This document shows, piece by piece, positions 16,890-25,027 of a DNA stretch of 25,027 bases. Position 1 is the first letter of the stretch. The number at the start of each line of letters is the position of its first letter. The position numbers and the translations under genes were made by a program. Below the pieces are notes generated by a model that worked only from the letters and a program-made list of their open reading frames with translations, was not told the origin of the DNA and did not search any database. This stretch comes from an uncultured Pirellulales bacterium (GTDB taxonomy: Bacteria; Planctomycetota; Phycisphaerae; Sedimentisphaerales; Anaerobacaceae), in contig CAYTND010000001.1 in the NCBI GenBank assembly GCA_964438965.1, positions 1-25,027 on the forward strand, given 5' to 3'.

Positions 16890-18943
16890 GCTTTATACAG
16901 TGGATATTTTTGTTCGGCGGGCTCGCAGTAGCCGGGCCTGTGATTGCTCATCTGCTGGCGAAGCCGCGGTTCAGACGATTGCCGTTCACAATGCTTCGGT
17001 TTTTGCATACCGGTCAGATTGAGAGCCAGTCCCGGAAAAAGCTGCGCGACTTGCTGATATTGCTGTTTCGCTGCGCAATAATTGTTTTGATTGCCATGCT
17101 TTTTGCCCGGCCGATGCTACATACTAAACGCAAACCACAGCAGACCAGATCCGTTTATTGCCTTGGTCTGGATAATTCGATGTCAATGGCATATACCGAT
17201 GGGACGGAAAGTTATTTCGACAAGCTGATAGATTCAACGATTGATTATATTCGTTCCGCAAAGACCGATGCTCTGTTCAATATTTGTGCTCTGGCCTCGG
17301 GAGATTGGTCACAGGGCCTGAGTAAAGAACAGGCACTGGCCGAGGTTAAGGCCTTGAAAATTGAAACTGGCAGCGCAAATGTCGGTGACTTTATTTCGAG
17401 TCTGGATAGAGTCAGTCGTACAGAGCATTTGGATGACAAGGTTTCGGTTCTTGTGCTAAGTGATTTTACTCCCAAAACGCTGAAGCAGTTTGTCGATTCC
17501 GAAAAACCTGCCGTTGTTGATAAAATAGATTACAAGCCGATTATCTCACCTAAGCCTGTCAACAATGCTGCGATAATAAACGCCGATGTTATCGGCATTG
17601 CCGACGGTAAGCTAACCGTAAATGTTACTGTCGCCAATTACGGCCAGGTTGAGCAGAATCGCCGGTTAACAGCTAAGACGAGGGCAAATAAATCGGCCCC
17701 GGTAGATATAAGTCTGTTCGCAAAACAGCGCAGAACCTGTCAGGTGCAGATTGAAGTTGGTGCTGCCGGGCAGGAGCAGTTTTTCTTACCTGTAGAATTG
17801 AGCCTGTCAGCGGGCGACGGCCTTAAAGAGGACGATACGTTTTATATGGGGGTTTCCAGACCCGGCCATAAAAAGGTTAATGTTCTTTTGGTCGGCAACG
17901 GCCAAGATGAGATGTTTTTGCTCAAAACTGCAATGGACACCATCTCACGAAAGAGTTTATACGATACATTACAAATCAAGCATATTTTGGTTGATGATTT
18001 TGCCCTTTCGGATTTGAGCTGGGCCGATGTGGTCATCTGCTCGGAGGTGGCGGAACGGCTGGCTTATTTTGCATCGAACATAGGAGGTTTCATCAAGGCC
18101 GGGGGCAGATTCATTTGCTTTGTAAAAGACGGGGTTGCAACTGAGGCGACAAGGCAGTTGTGGCAGCGGGATGTTCTTGCGGCTCTGCCGGGGAAATGTA
18201 TTTACGAGCGAACATATATGCAACCGAATCCGTGTGACAGCGGGGCTTTTGGAGTAGATAATTTTGCTGCCAGGTCTTTGTCAAATTACAGAATCGACAA
18301 GATTCTCTTAAAGGGCTACCTGGAATGTCAACAGCATCCTGACAGCAAGTGTTTGTGGCAATTCCAGAATGGCTTTGGCTTTGTTTATCTTAAGCGCCTT
18401 GGCGTCGGCATCTCTATCCTTGTCAATACCAGCGTTGATGATTCACTTGGCTCACTGACCAAGTCAAATGCATCGGTTGCTTTTTGTCGGTATTTATTGG
18501 GAAAAGATAGCCAGATTGGCGAGTATTGTTTTGCGCGTAATGAGCAGGTAATGTTGCCGCTTTCCGAGAAACAAGCGTCGTTTGCCGGGCAAAAGCAATT
18601 TTGGGTTCAGACTTGTGATGGCAAGAAACGCCGTGTAGCCGCAGCGGATTCTTTTTTACTGGTGCCTGACCCAGCCGGCATCGGATGGGTAAAAACATTA
18701 GGCAAGCCAACAATATGGGCAGGAATAAATCTGCCGGAGGGTGAAACCGATATGACTAAACCGGTAGCTTCTGAACTGGCTGATATTATGAACAGGCTCT
18801 TTCCGGCCGGCACAGACAGAACCGTATCTGCGGCCGAAGTTCTCAACAACAGGAAACGTACACCAATTTGGAAGTATTTTGCCTGGACGATAATTCTTCT
18901 GCTGTTAGCAGAACCGGCTGTCGCAAACAGGTTGAAGCGATAG
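16886..18943 (+). CDS. BatA (N-terminal double-TM) plus vWA domain membrane protein
   Basis: LAVAGPVIAHLL...PFTMLRFL...LILLFRCAIIVLIAMLFARP; MIDAS DNSMS; VLSDF; a later Ig-like and GATase-like region; C-terminal TM IWKYFAWTIILLLLAE. GTGA overlap with the upstream stop. Confidence 0.88.
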   Translation: MSFIQWIFLFGGLAVAGPVIAHLLAKPRFRRLPFTMLRFLHTGQIESQSRKKLRDLLILLFRCAIIVLIAMLFARPMLHTKRKPQQTRSVYCLGLDNSMSMAYTDGTESYFDKLIDSTIDYIRSAKTDALFNICALASGDWSQGLSKEQALAEVKALKIETGSANVGDFISSLDRVSRTEHLDDKVSVLVLSDFTPKTLKQFVDSEKPAVVDKIDYKPIISPKPVNNAAIINADVIGIADGKLTVNVTVANYGQVEQNRRLTAKTRANKSAPVDISLFAKQRRTCQVQIEVGAAGQEQFFLPVELSLSAGDGLKEDDTFYMGVSRPGHKKVNVLLVGNGQDEMFLLKTAMDTISRKSLYDTLQIKHILVDDFALSDLSWADVVICSEVAERLAYFASNIGGFIKAGGRFICFVKDGVATEATRQLWQRDVLAALPGKCIYERTYMQPNPCDSGAFGVDNFAARSLSNYRIDKILLKGYLECQQHPDSKCLWQFQNGFGFVYLKRLGVGISILVNTSVDDSLGSLTKSNASVAFCRYLLGKDSQIGEYCFARNEQVMLPLSEKQASFAGQKQFWVQTCDGKKRRVAAADSFLLVPDPAGIGWVKTLGKPTIWAGINLPEGETDMTKPVASELADIMNRLFPAGTDRTVSAAEVLNNRKRTPIWKYFAWTIILLLLAEPAVANRLKR

Positions 18944-18956
18944 ATAAGGTTTAAAT

Positions 18957-21900
18957 ATGGCTGAAAACGTGGAAGACAAACTCGACGCTCTTGTTACCAG
19001 AGTCGCGAAGGTAAGACGATGGTTAGTGACGCTTGCTGTTCTCAAAGTAGCGGCGTTGTGTCTGGTTTTTGTCTCGATGTACGTCGGCGTTTATGCATGG
19101 CTTGACCATCGGAGGAACTTTGACGAAATTGGCAGAACCATAGCGTTTATTTTGCTGCTTGCAGGGCTTGTTCTTTTATTATACAGATTGACGAAATGGC
19201 TGCTTGTTCACGTATCCTTCAGTGGAACCGCAAATTACATCGAAAACATAAGAAGTTTCGACCAGCAGCTTGTCACGGCCATCGAATACTACGAGAACAA
19301 ACAGGATTATCCATATTCCAGGGCCCTCGCTGAGCAGCTTGTTTTGGATGTGGATAAAGACAGTGAAACATTCGAATTTGATTCGACTGTTGAAAAATGG
19401 CAGGGATATGCTCTTGCAGCAATTGTTCTGTTTGGCCTTGCCGCTGCCGGGTTTTATGTCCACGATAACTATGTTTACTTTTCTTCATACTTTGCCCGGC
19501 TCACACGTCCGTTGGCTTCTGTTGAGCCGTTGTCATCGACGAGTTTGGAATCGATAACGAAGGACATTATTGCTGGAACTGACTCTGTGGTAACATTTGC
19601 AGCCGAGGTTAAAGGTCGCGTGCCGGAATTTGGAAAGCTGGTGCTGGTTGACCTCGAACCTGAGACCAAAGATAACAGCCGGCAGGCCGAACCCGAAGAG
19701 ATGCAGGTACGACCGGATTTTGACGAAGAAAAAACACCAAAATTTGAGGCATCTAAATCTTTCTCACAAATGGGCCGGTTCAAATATCGATTTGAAACGG
19801 GCTCAGCTTCCACAGATTGGCATAAGTTAAGCATTTGCCGGCCGCCCGGGATAGAGAGCATGATGGCCAACGTTGCACTGCCAAAAAGGCCGCCGAGAAG
19901 AAAGTGGGTCAGACCTTATACCGAGCAGATTGAGAGCAACACTCTGGAAGTAATTCAACGGAGCGATGTTACACTGAACGTGAAGACCACTGATGAGCTC
20001 AAAGAGGTTGTGGTAACAGGGTTGGACGGCAAGCAGCTCACAAAGCAATTAAACGGGGCGCAACAGTTCAGCTATAGTTTTACTGCCGATACAAGTGGCT
20101 CTATCAAATTTAATCTTGTCAACGAGCAGGGTCTGGCAAACGACGACGTACCCGGTTTGGAGGTGAGAGTAAAAACCGATGAACCTCCGAAGTTCAAGCT
20201 GATTTCGCCGGACGGCGATTATCTGGCGACTGACGTTGCGAGCGTGCCGATTACGTTCGAGGTAACCGATGACTTCGGCCTGGATTCTGTAAAGATGTGC
20301 CTGGAGATACCCGGCCAACAGCCCGCCGAAGTGATAGTTTCCGTTGAAGAAGGAGCGAGGAGCAAGAAATTCACCCACACAATTGAGTTGGAAAAGTACA
20401 GTTTGACTGTGGGCGACAGCATCCTGTTCTATGCCCGGGCGACGGATATCGACACCGGCTCAGCGCTGGCAAAACGAACTTCAAGGAGCGATATGTATTT
20501 TATCGAGGTCAGGCCATATCGCCAGAATTGGCGTCCGAAACCCGGAGGAGGACCGGGACAGGGAGTGGGTGGAGCTCCTGTGGAGCTCTTAAATATTCTC
20601 GAATATACACGAGCAATACTTAAGAAAACCTGGGTCATTGCCGGCAAATCAAATCTGAACGAGCAGGACCGCTCCAGACTGGAATTCATAAACAATGACG
20701 TTCTGTATTGTGCCGGGCAATTGGCACTTATCCGTGACGACTCAGAGTATGGATTTAACGAGCTTCACAAAGCTGTTCTCAATACGGTCCTCGTATATTA
20801 TGAGAAGGCAGGCAAATATTTAGCTGAGCGTAATGCTGCTTCAGCGATAGCACCTGAAAAGAACGCTTATCGCGTTTTGCGTAAGTTCATCCTCGAACTG
20901 GACCTGGAGTTGAATCCACCCGAGAGCGGCCAGGGTCAGCAAGCGCAAAAGCCCGACAGCGTTAAACTTCAGGAAATGCTGGAATTTTCGCAAGATGAGA
21001 AAGAGCGCATCACGGCTGAGTTGAAAAAATTACAGCAAAAGTTAAAGAAGCTGACCCGGGAGCAGAAGACTTTGAAAACGACTTTTGAGAACTTTCTCGA
21101 ACAGCAGACCAAAGAGAAAAAGTCTGCAGAAAAAACGGCGGATGGCAAGTCACCATCAAGTACCGGTGCCGAAAAACAGGGTCAGGACAAAGCAAGCGCC
21201 AAGCAGCAAAGCAAAGACCGTGCTGATCAAAAAGGCGAAAGTACTTCAGGCGGTCCCGGTGCCGACGGCAAGCAGAATTCTGCCGAGAACCAGAGTGCCT
21301 CAAAAAGTAAAAGTGCTGGAAAAGGCAAAAGTGCTTCAGGTAGTCCCGGCGCCGACGACAAGCAAAATGCTGCTGGAAGCCAAAGCGGTTCTCCTATGGA
21401 GTCCTTACGGACTAAAGGCCAAAGTTCCGGAAAAGGCAAAAGTGCTTCGGATGGTCAGGGTCCCGGCGGTGGAAAAAGTGCTGCCGAAGCCCGAGGGGAT
21501 GCACAAGGGCAGGATAGCGGCCAACGCAGCACCGCTAATGTCGAAGCCAGGCTAAGAATGCTCCAGGCCAAACAGCGAGCACTGCAGGAGCAGGTTTCGC
21601 AGTTGAAACGGGACTTGCAGCAGTTGCCGGAAATCTCAGAAAGCGGCCCAAATAAAGGACGAGCTGAAGCACAAAAGCACCTGGACGAGGCTGTTGCAAA
21701 AATGGATGACTTTCAAGACAGGCTGACCGAGGCACGCTACCAGGCGGATATAGACCGGAGAAAATCGAATGAGGCTGTCGAACTGATGGAGTCAGCCAGG
21801 CGTGAGCTGGACCTTGCTAAAGAGGCACTTGACGATGAGCTTACACTCAGCGACGAACAAAGAGTCGCGCAAAAGGCTCAGGAAATGGCTGAGCAGCTCG

Positions 21901-22259
21901 CTGAGGATGCAGATGCTCTCGATGAGTCTGTTACACCCATAGAGCGTGAGGAAATGTTAGCCCGGCTCGAAGCGGCAAAGCGTCTGCTTGAGAGGATGCC
22001 GGAAACCCAGTGGGCCACCATAAACAAAGGCAAGGGCTCCCCATCGGGAGCAGCTCACGTTTTTACCAGAAATCCGAATCTGGCCCCCGCAGAAGCAGCA
22101 AGACAAATGGCTCGACAATTCTGGTCTATTGCTCTAAATGCCAAAAAGTACCGGCAGCAGTTGATTGAAGACGAACCTTCTGATGTGAAGTTTTATGGGC
22201 AGGAGAATGAGTTTTTTGAAAACGCGGCTAAATTCGAACAAAAACCGGTGGAAAAATGA
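18957..22259 (+). CDS. Large multi-TM protein with beta-sandwich, coiled-coil and low-complexity regions (DUF4175-like)
   Basis: Three N-terminal hydrophobic segments, FDQQLVTAIEY, DEPPKFKLISP, EVTDDFGLDSV, ILFYARATD and MYFIEVRPY, followed by Q/E/K heptads and a G/S/K/Q-rich linker. Confidence 0.8.
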   Translation: MAENVEDKLDALVTRVAKVRRWLVTLAVLKVAALCLVFVSMYVGVYAWLDHRRNFDEIGRTIAFILLLAGLVLLLYRLTKWLLVHVSFSGTANYIENIRSFDQQLVTAIEYYENKQDYPYSRALAEQLVLDVDKDSETFEFDSTVEKWQGYALAAIVLFGLAAAGFYVHDNYVYFSSYFARLTRPLASVEPLSSTSLESITKDIIAGTDSVVTFAAEVKGRVPEFGKLVLVDLEPETKDNSRQAEPEEMQVRPDFDEEKTPKFEASKSFSQMGRFKYRFETGSASTDWHKLSICRPPGIESMMANVALPKRPPRRKWVRPYTEQIESNTLEVIQRSDVTLNVKTTDELKEVVVTGLDGKQLTKQLNGAQQFSYSFTADTSGSIKFNLVNEQGLANDDVPGLEVRVKTDEPPKFKLISPDGDYLATDVASVPITFEVTDDFGLDSVKMCLEIPGQQPAEVIVSVEEGARSKKFTHTIELEKYSLTVGDSILFYARATDIDTGSALAKRTSRSDMYFIEVRPYRQNWRPKPGGGPGQGVGGAPVELLNILEYTRAILKKTWVIAGKSNLNEQDRSRLEFINNDVLYCAGQLALIRDDSEYGFNELHKAVLNTVLVYYEKAGKYLAERNAASAIAPEKNAYRVLRKFILELDLELNPPESGQGQQAQKPDSVKLQEMLEFSQDEKERITAELKKLQQKLKKLTREQKTLKTTFENFLEQQTKEKKSAEKTADGKSPSSTGAEKQGQDKASAKQQSKDRADQKGESTSGGPGADGKQNSAENQSASKSKSAGKGKSASGSPGADDKQNAAGSQSGSPMESLRTKGQSSGKGKSASDGQGPGGGKSAAEARGDAQGQDSGQRSTANVEARLRMLQAKQRALQEQVSQLKRDLQQLPEISESGPNKGRAEAQKHLDEAVAKMDDFQDRLTEARYQADIDRRKSNEAVELMESARRELDLAKEALDDELTLSDEQRVAQKAQEMAEQLAEDADALDESVTPIEREEMLARLEAAKRLLERMPETQWATINKGKGSPSGAAHVFTRNPNLAPAEAARQMARQFWSIALNAKKYRQQLIEDEPSDVKFYGQENEFFENAAKFEQKPVEK
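21231..21480 (+). repeat. In-frame imperfect internal repeats in the low-complexity linker
   Basis: Units start at 21231 (AAAGGCGAAAGTACTTCAGGCGGTCCCGGTGCCGACGGCAAGCAGAAT), 21321 (AAAGGCAAAAGTGCTTCAGGTAGTCCCGGCGCCGACGACAAGCAAAAT) and 21432 (AAAGGCAAAAGTGCTTCGG...). Spacings are 90 and 111 nt, both multiples of 3. Confidence 0.85.
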
Positions 22260-24529
22260 TATTTGTAAACTATCCGGGACATCTTATTGCGGGCCTGCTT
22301 TTGATAATCTTTGCTGTGCTGATTACTTTTGCCTTCCGCTCAGGCGAGCTGCAAAAAGCAAAACTAAAACCGTACAGGCTGCCGCTGATTCTGCTGCAAT
22401 ACGTTTCGATTGTAATATTGCTGTTGATATTGTGGAATCCGTCACGACCTAAAGCCAGCGAGACAGTCTCGAAGAATTCGGTGCTGGTGTTATTTGATAC
22501 CAGCGAAAGTATGTCGGTCGTTGAAGATAAGCAAATAACGCGGCTGGATAAAGCGCTTAATATATTTGAAGAAATATTTCATCCTCTCGACCCGGATGGA
22601 CCCGATTATAAAATCTTCGGATTTGACCGCCGGGCCTATCACAGCGGCTCTTCGGATTTCCTGCGACGCTGGGGCTCGCAGACAAATATGTACAGCACTC
22701 TTGAAATGCTGTGCAAATATGACATTGCAGACGAAGCTCATTCCACAGAAAATGCGCAGACTGACAACCTCCAAACGCCGGATAACATTGACGAAAACCA
22801 GACAGTCAAAAAAAGCAAGGTTACAGGAGCTGTTATTTTCACGGATGGCCAGGCCGACGACAAAAATATTTACACATATTTACCCCTTCGCAGTGAGGAT
22901 TTTCAACTTCTCTTTATCGGTATCGGCTCCCGGGCCCCACAATCTGACATAGCAATAAAATCAATAAGTGCACCATCACGGATTGCGATTGATACGGCCT
23001 GTAAGGTACAGGTTGTTGTTACCGCTAAGAATCTGCAAAATCAGCCTGTAACAATCGAACTGCTCAAAGACGATTATGTGATAGATTCGAGACAGTTCCC
23101 CACCGACACGTTTGCGCAAAAGAACCGAAGACGCTCTTCTTCGTCTTTGGGTACAAAAGATGTAACGGTCGAGTTCGCGGTCGGCGCAGAAAGGCTGGGC
23201 AGCTACACTCTTTCGGCTCGGGCAAAAGCCGTCGAACAGGAAGTAAACCTGGCAAACAACATTCGCAGCACGATGGTAGAGGTTGTTGAAGAAACCAGAC
23301 TCAAAGTTCTTTTCTACTCACAGCAAGCCAGTTTCAATATAGGCAAGGTTCGGCAGGCTTTGGCCAGAGACACTAAGATTCGATTGGATTTAGCATTGGA
23401 TGTCATCAAAACACCCGCATTATCTGAAGACGCATACAAAAGGTCTGGCTATGTCAAACTGCCCGACAACCGGGACGGATTTTATAAGTACGACATTATA
23501 ATTCTTGGCTCATGCAACCTGGACAGTTTGACCAAGACGCAACTTGACAGTCTGTATAGTTTCGTGGTTGATAGAGGTGGCGGACTTATCCTGCTTCCGG
23601 GCAAAGCCGAATTCGGGCTTTTCGCCTGGAGGAACAAAAAGGCAAAAGCCCTTATCCCCGTAATCCTTGACCCCGACGAACCGGCAATTCAGCAGCATAG
23701 TCCGGGAAAAATAGAGCTCACACTTGAGGGAATCGACAGCAAAGTTATCAGCCCTGCACAGTTGAAAGACTACGATGAGCCGGCTTCAGCTTATTACCAA
23801 ATCATTAACACCAAGCCCGCCGCCACTACGCTGGCTCTTGTAGAAGACACACCGATAATTTCCGTTCATCGGGTCGGCCGTGGCAGGGTTTGTCTGCTTA
23901 ATGCCTCAAAACTCTTCCTCTGGTATCGTGAAGACCTCCAGGGCGGACTGCTCTACAAACTTATGGCCGGATTGACCGCCTATGTGGGCAGGATAACAAA
24001 TCTTGAAGCGGGCGTCAGGTTATTTGCAGAACGCCCAACCGACCAGGCAAATAAAATAAAGTTTAGTGCGTATGTCTGCGATAAATCGTTTGTCCCTGTT
24101 ACCGGTGCTAACGTGCTACTTAACATCGCAGACGAAGTTTCGAGTATGAATGAGCTTGGAGGTGGATATTATGTCGAAGAAATTGAGGATACTAAAGACC
24201 AGACAATTGTAGCAACGGCCCAGGCCGAAGTTAATGGTATCTTCCTCGGCGAAAAAACCATTGCGGTGAATCTGCCTCCGGCTCAAACTGAAATGGCTAA
24301 TGTAGAGCTCGACGAAGAATTTCTCCGGGCGCTTGCAAAAAGACTCAATGCCAGGTATCTCTACGCCGGCGATATTGATAAAAACATTACGCAGATGTTT
24401 GAGGCCCAAACGCGGACATACAGTTCACGCAGGATGGCAAGTATCTGGCCCAGTTGGCTGCTGCTTTTGGTCCTGTGTATGCTTCTTGGTGTCAACTGGT
24501 TTCTAAGGCGGGCGATTGGCCTTGTTTGA
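22256..24529 (+). CDS. Membrane-anchored vWA plus class I glutamine amidotransferase-like fold protein
   Basis: Two N-terminal TMs, MIDAS DTSES, VIFTDGQ, an Ig-like segment (EQEVNLANNIRS), YDIIILG...GGGLILLPG, and a C-terminal TM ending WFLRRAIGLV. ATGA overlap with the upstream stop. Confidence 0.85.
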   Translation: MIFVNYPGHLIAGLLLIIFAVLITFAFRSGELQKAKLKPYRLPLILLQYVSIVILLLILWNPSRPKASETVSKNSVLVLFDTSESMSVVEDKQITRLDKALNIFEEIFHPLDPDGPDYKIFGFDRRAYHSGSSDFLRRWGSQTNMYSTLEMLCKYDIADEAHSTENAQTDNLQTPDNIDENQTVKKSKVTGAVIFTDGQADDKNIYTYLPLRSEDFQLLFIGIGSRAPQSDIAIKSISAPSRIAIDTACKVQVVVTAKNLQNQPVTIELLKDDYVIDSRQFPTDTFAQKNRRRSSSSLGTKDVTVEFAVGAERLGSYTLSARAKAVEQEVNLANNIRSTMVEVVEETRLKVLFYSQQASFNIGKVRQALARDTKIRLDLALDVIKTPALSEDAYKRSGYVKLPDNRDGFYKYDIIILGSCNLDSLTKTQLDSLYSFVVDRGGGLILLPGKAEFGLFAWRNKKAKALIPVILDPDEPAIQQHSPGKIELTLEGIDSKVISPAQLKDYDEPASAYYQIINTKPAATTLALVEDTPIISVHRVGRGRVCLLNASKLFLWYREDLQGGLLYKLMAGLTAYVGRITNLEAGVRLFAERPTDQANKIKFSAYVCDKSFVPVTGANVLLNIADEVSSMNELGGGYYVEEIEDTKDQTIVATAQAEVNGIFLGEKTIAVNLPPAQTEMANVELDEEFLRALAKRLNARYLYAGDIDKNITQMFEAQTRTYSSRRMASIWPSWLLLLVLCMLLGVNWFLRRAIGLV

Positions 24530-24546
24530 AAGGTGCAACGACTAAT

Positions 24547-25027
24547 ATGAAAAGGACAATAATTGTAATCCTCTTAATAATTGCAAGCGGCTCTGCAGTT
24601 GCCGGGACACCCAAGGGTGCCTCAGCAGCCGCTGTTGAACACCGCCCTAAACCGGCAGAGACTAAAAACACCTATGCGATGATTATTGGCGGAATAAATA
24701 AAGACCCGAAAGAGCGCCTCGCTAAGGACAAAGTTGTGATAAACCTTCGCAGATTTTTCCTTAATAATGCCAAGCTCAAACCTGCTCGGCTAAGCGTTTT
24801 GGTCGCTGATAACTCATCGGTCGGCAAAGGTTTGAATATATCGAATGCCGAAAATTTAAAAGAGACGATAAAAACCCTCGCAGCCGCCGTTCAGCCTACG
24901 GACAGATTCATATTTTACTATGTGGGCCAGGCAAATATCGTAGCCGGCAAGCTGCGTCTTAATCTGCCGGGCGAGGATATTACGCACGAGCAGTTGGCCG
25001 AGTGGATAAACCGGATTAGGGCCTCTT
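24547..25027 (+). CDS. Secreted hypothetical protein with caspase/hemoglobinase-like N-terminal fold; partial, runs off the right edge
   Basis: Hand translation from ATG 24547 (AAGGTG upstream): MKRTIIVILLIIASGSAVAGTP...TYAMIIGGINKD...NAENLKETIKTLAAAVQPTDRFIFYYVGQANIVAGKLRLNLPGEDITHEQLAEWINRIRAS. The frame is open to the window end and is not in the ORF track. The coding call is strong; the fold call is tentative. Confidence 0.8.
   Translation, partial: MKRTIIVILLIIASGSAVAGTPKGASAAAVEHRPKPAETKNTYAMIIGGINKDPKERLAKDKVVINLRRFFLNNAKLKPARLSVLVADNSSVGKGLNISNAENLKETIKTLAAAVQPTDRFIFYYVGQANIVAGKLRLNLPGEDITHEQLAEWINRIRAS

Noticed and set aside
21085-21555. 156-aa alternative-frame ORF with repeated KAKVL
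   Set aside because: It is an off-frame reading of the repeat linker inside the 1100-aa gene.
1-25027. CRISPR arrays, rRNA, intact tRNA, transposases, integrases, defence-system genes
   Set aside because: No regularly spaced direct repeats with unique spacers, no complete cloverleaf and no recombinase or nuclease motifs were recognised by eye.

Overview
Bacterial genomic window, most likely from a planctomycete (inferred from the prepilin/H-X9-DG protein, the WxxFRGPNGQG beta-propeller and several Tat-tagged sugar enzymes). It has three zones. (1) 1-3773: a minus-strand pair made of an LctP-family permease and an FAD/Fe-S 2-hydroxyacid oxidoreductase that runs off the left edge and is missing from the ORF track. 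(2) About 3.8-14.4 kb: a patchwork of single genes in alternating orientation (secreted beta-helix protein, Gfo/Idh/MocA oxidoreductase, RhmD-like enolase-superfamily dehydratase, TIM-barrel isomerase/epimerase, one canonical and one degenerate prepilin-like protein, PQQ-like beta-propeller), with two gene remnants and a tRNA-3'-like fragment between them. (3) 14861-25027: a tightly coupled plus-strand operon of MoxR AAA+ ATPase, DUF58/vWA, BatA-vWA membrane protein, 1100-aa DUF4175-like membrane protein, vWA/GATase-like membrane protein and a secreted caspase-fold-like protein cut by the right edge. This operon is the best candidate for a functionally uncharacterised system, although such operons are probably widespread. 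No CRISPR array, rRNA, intact tRNA or transposase was seen. Family assignments come from motif recognition only; no searches were run.
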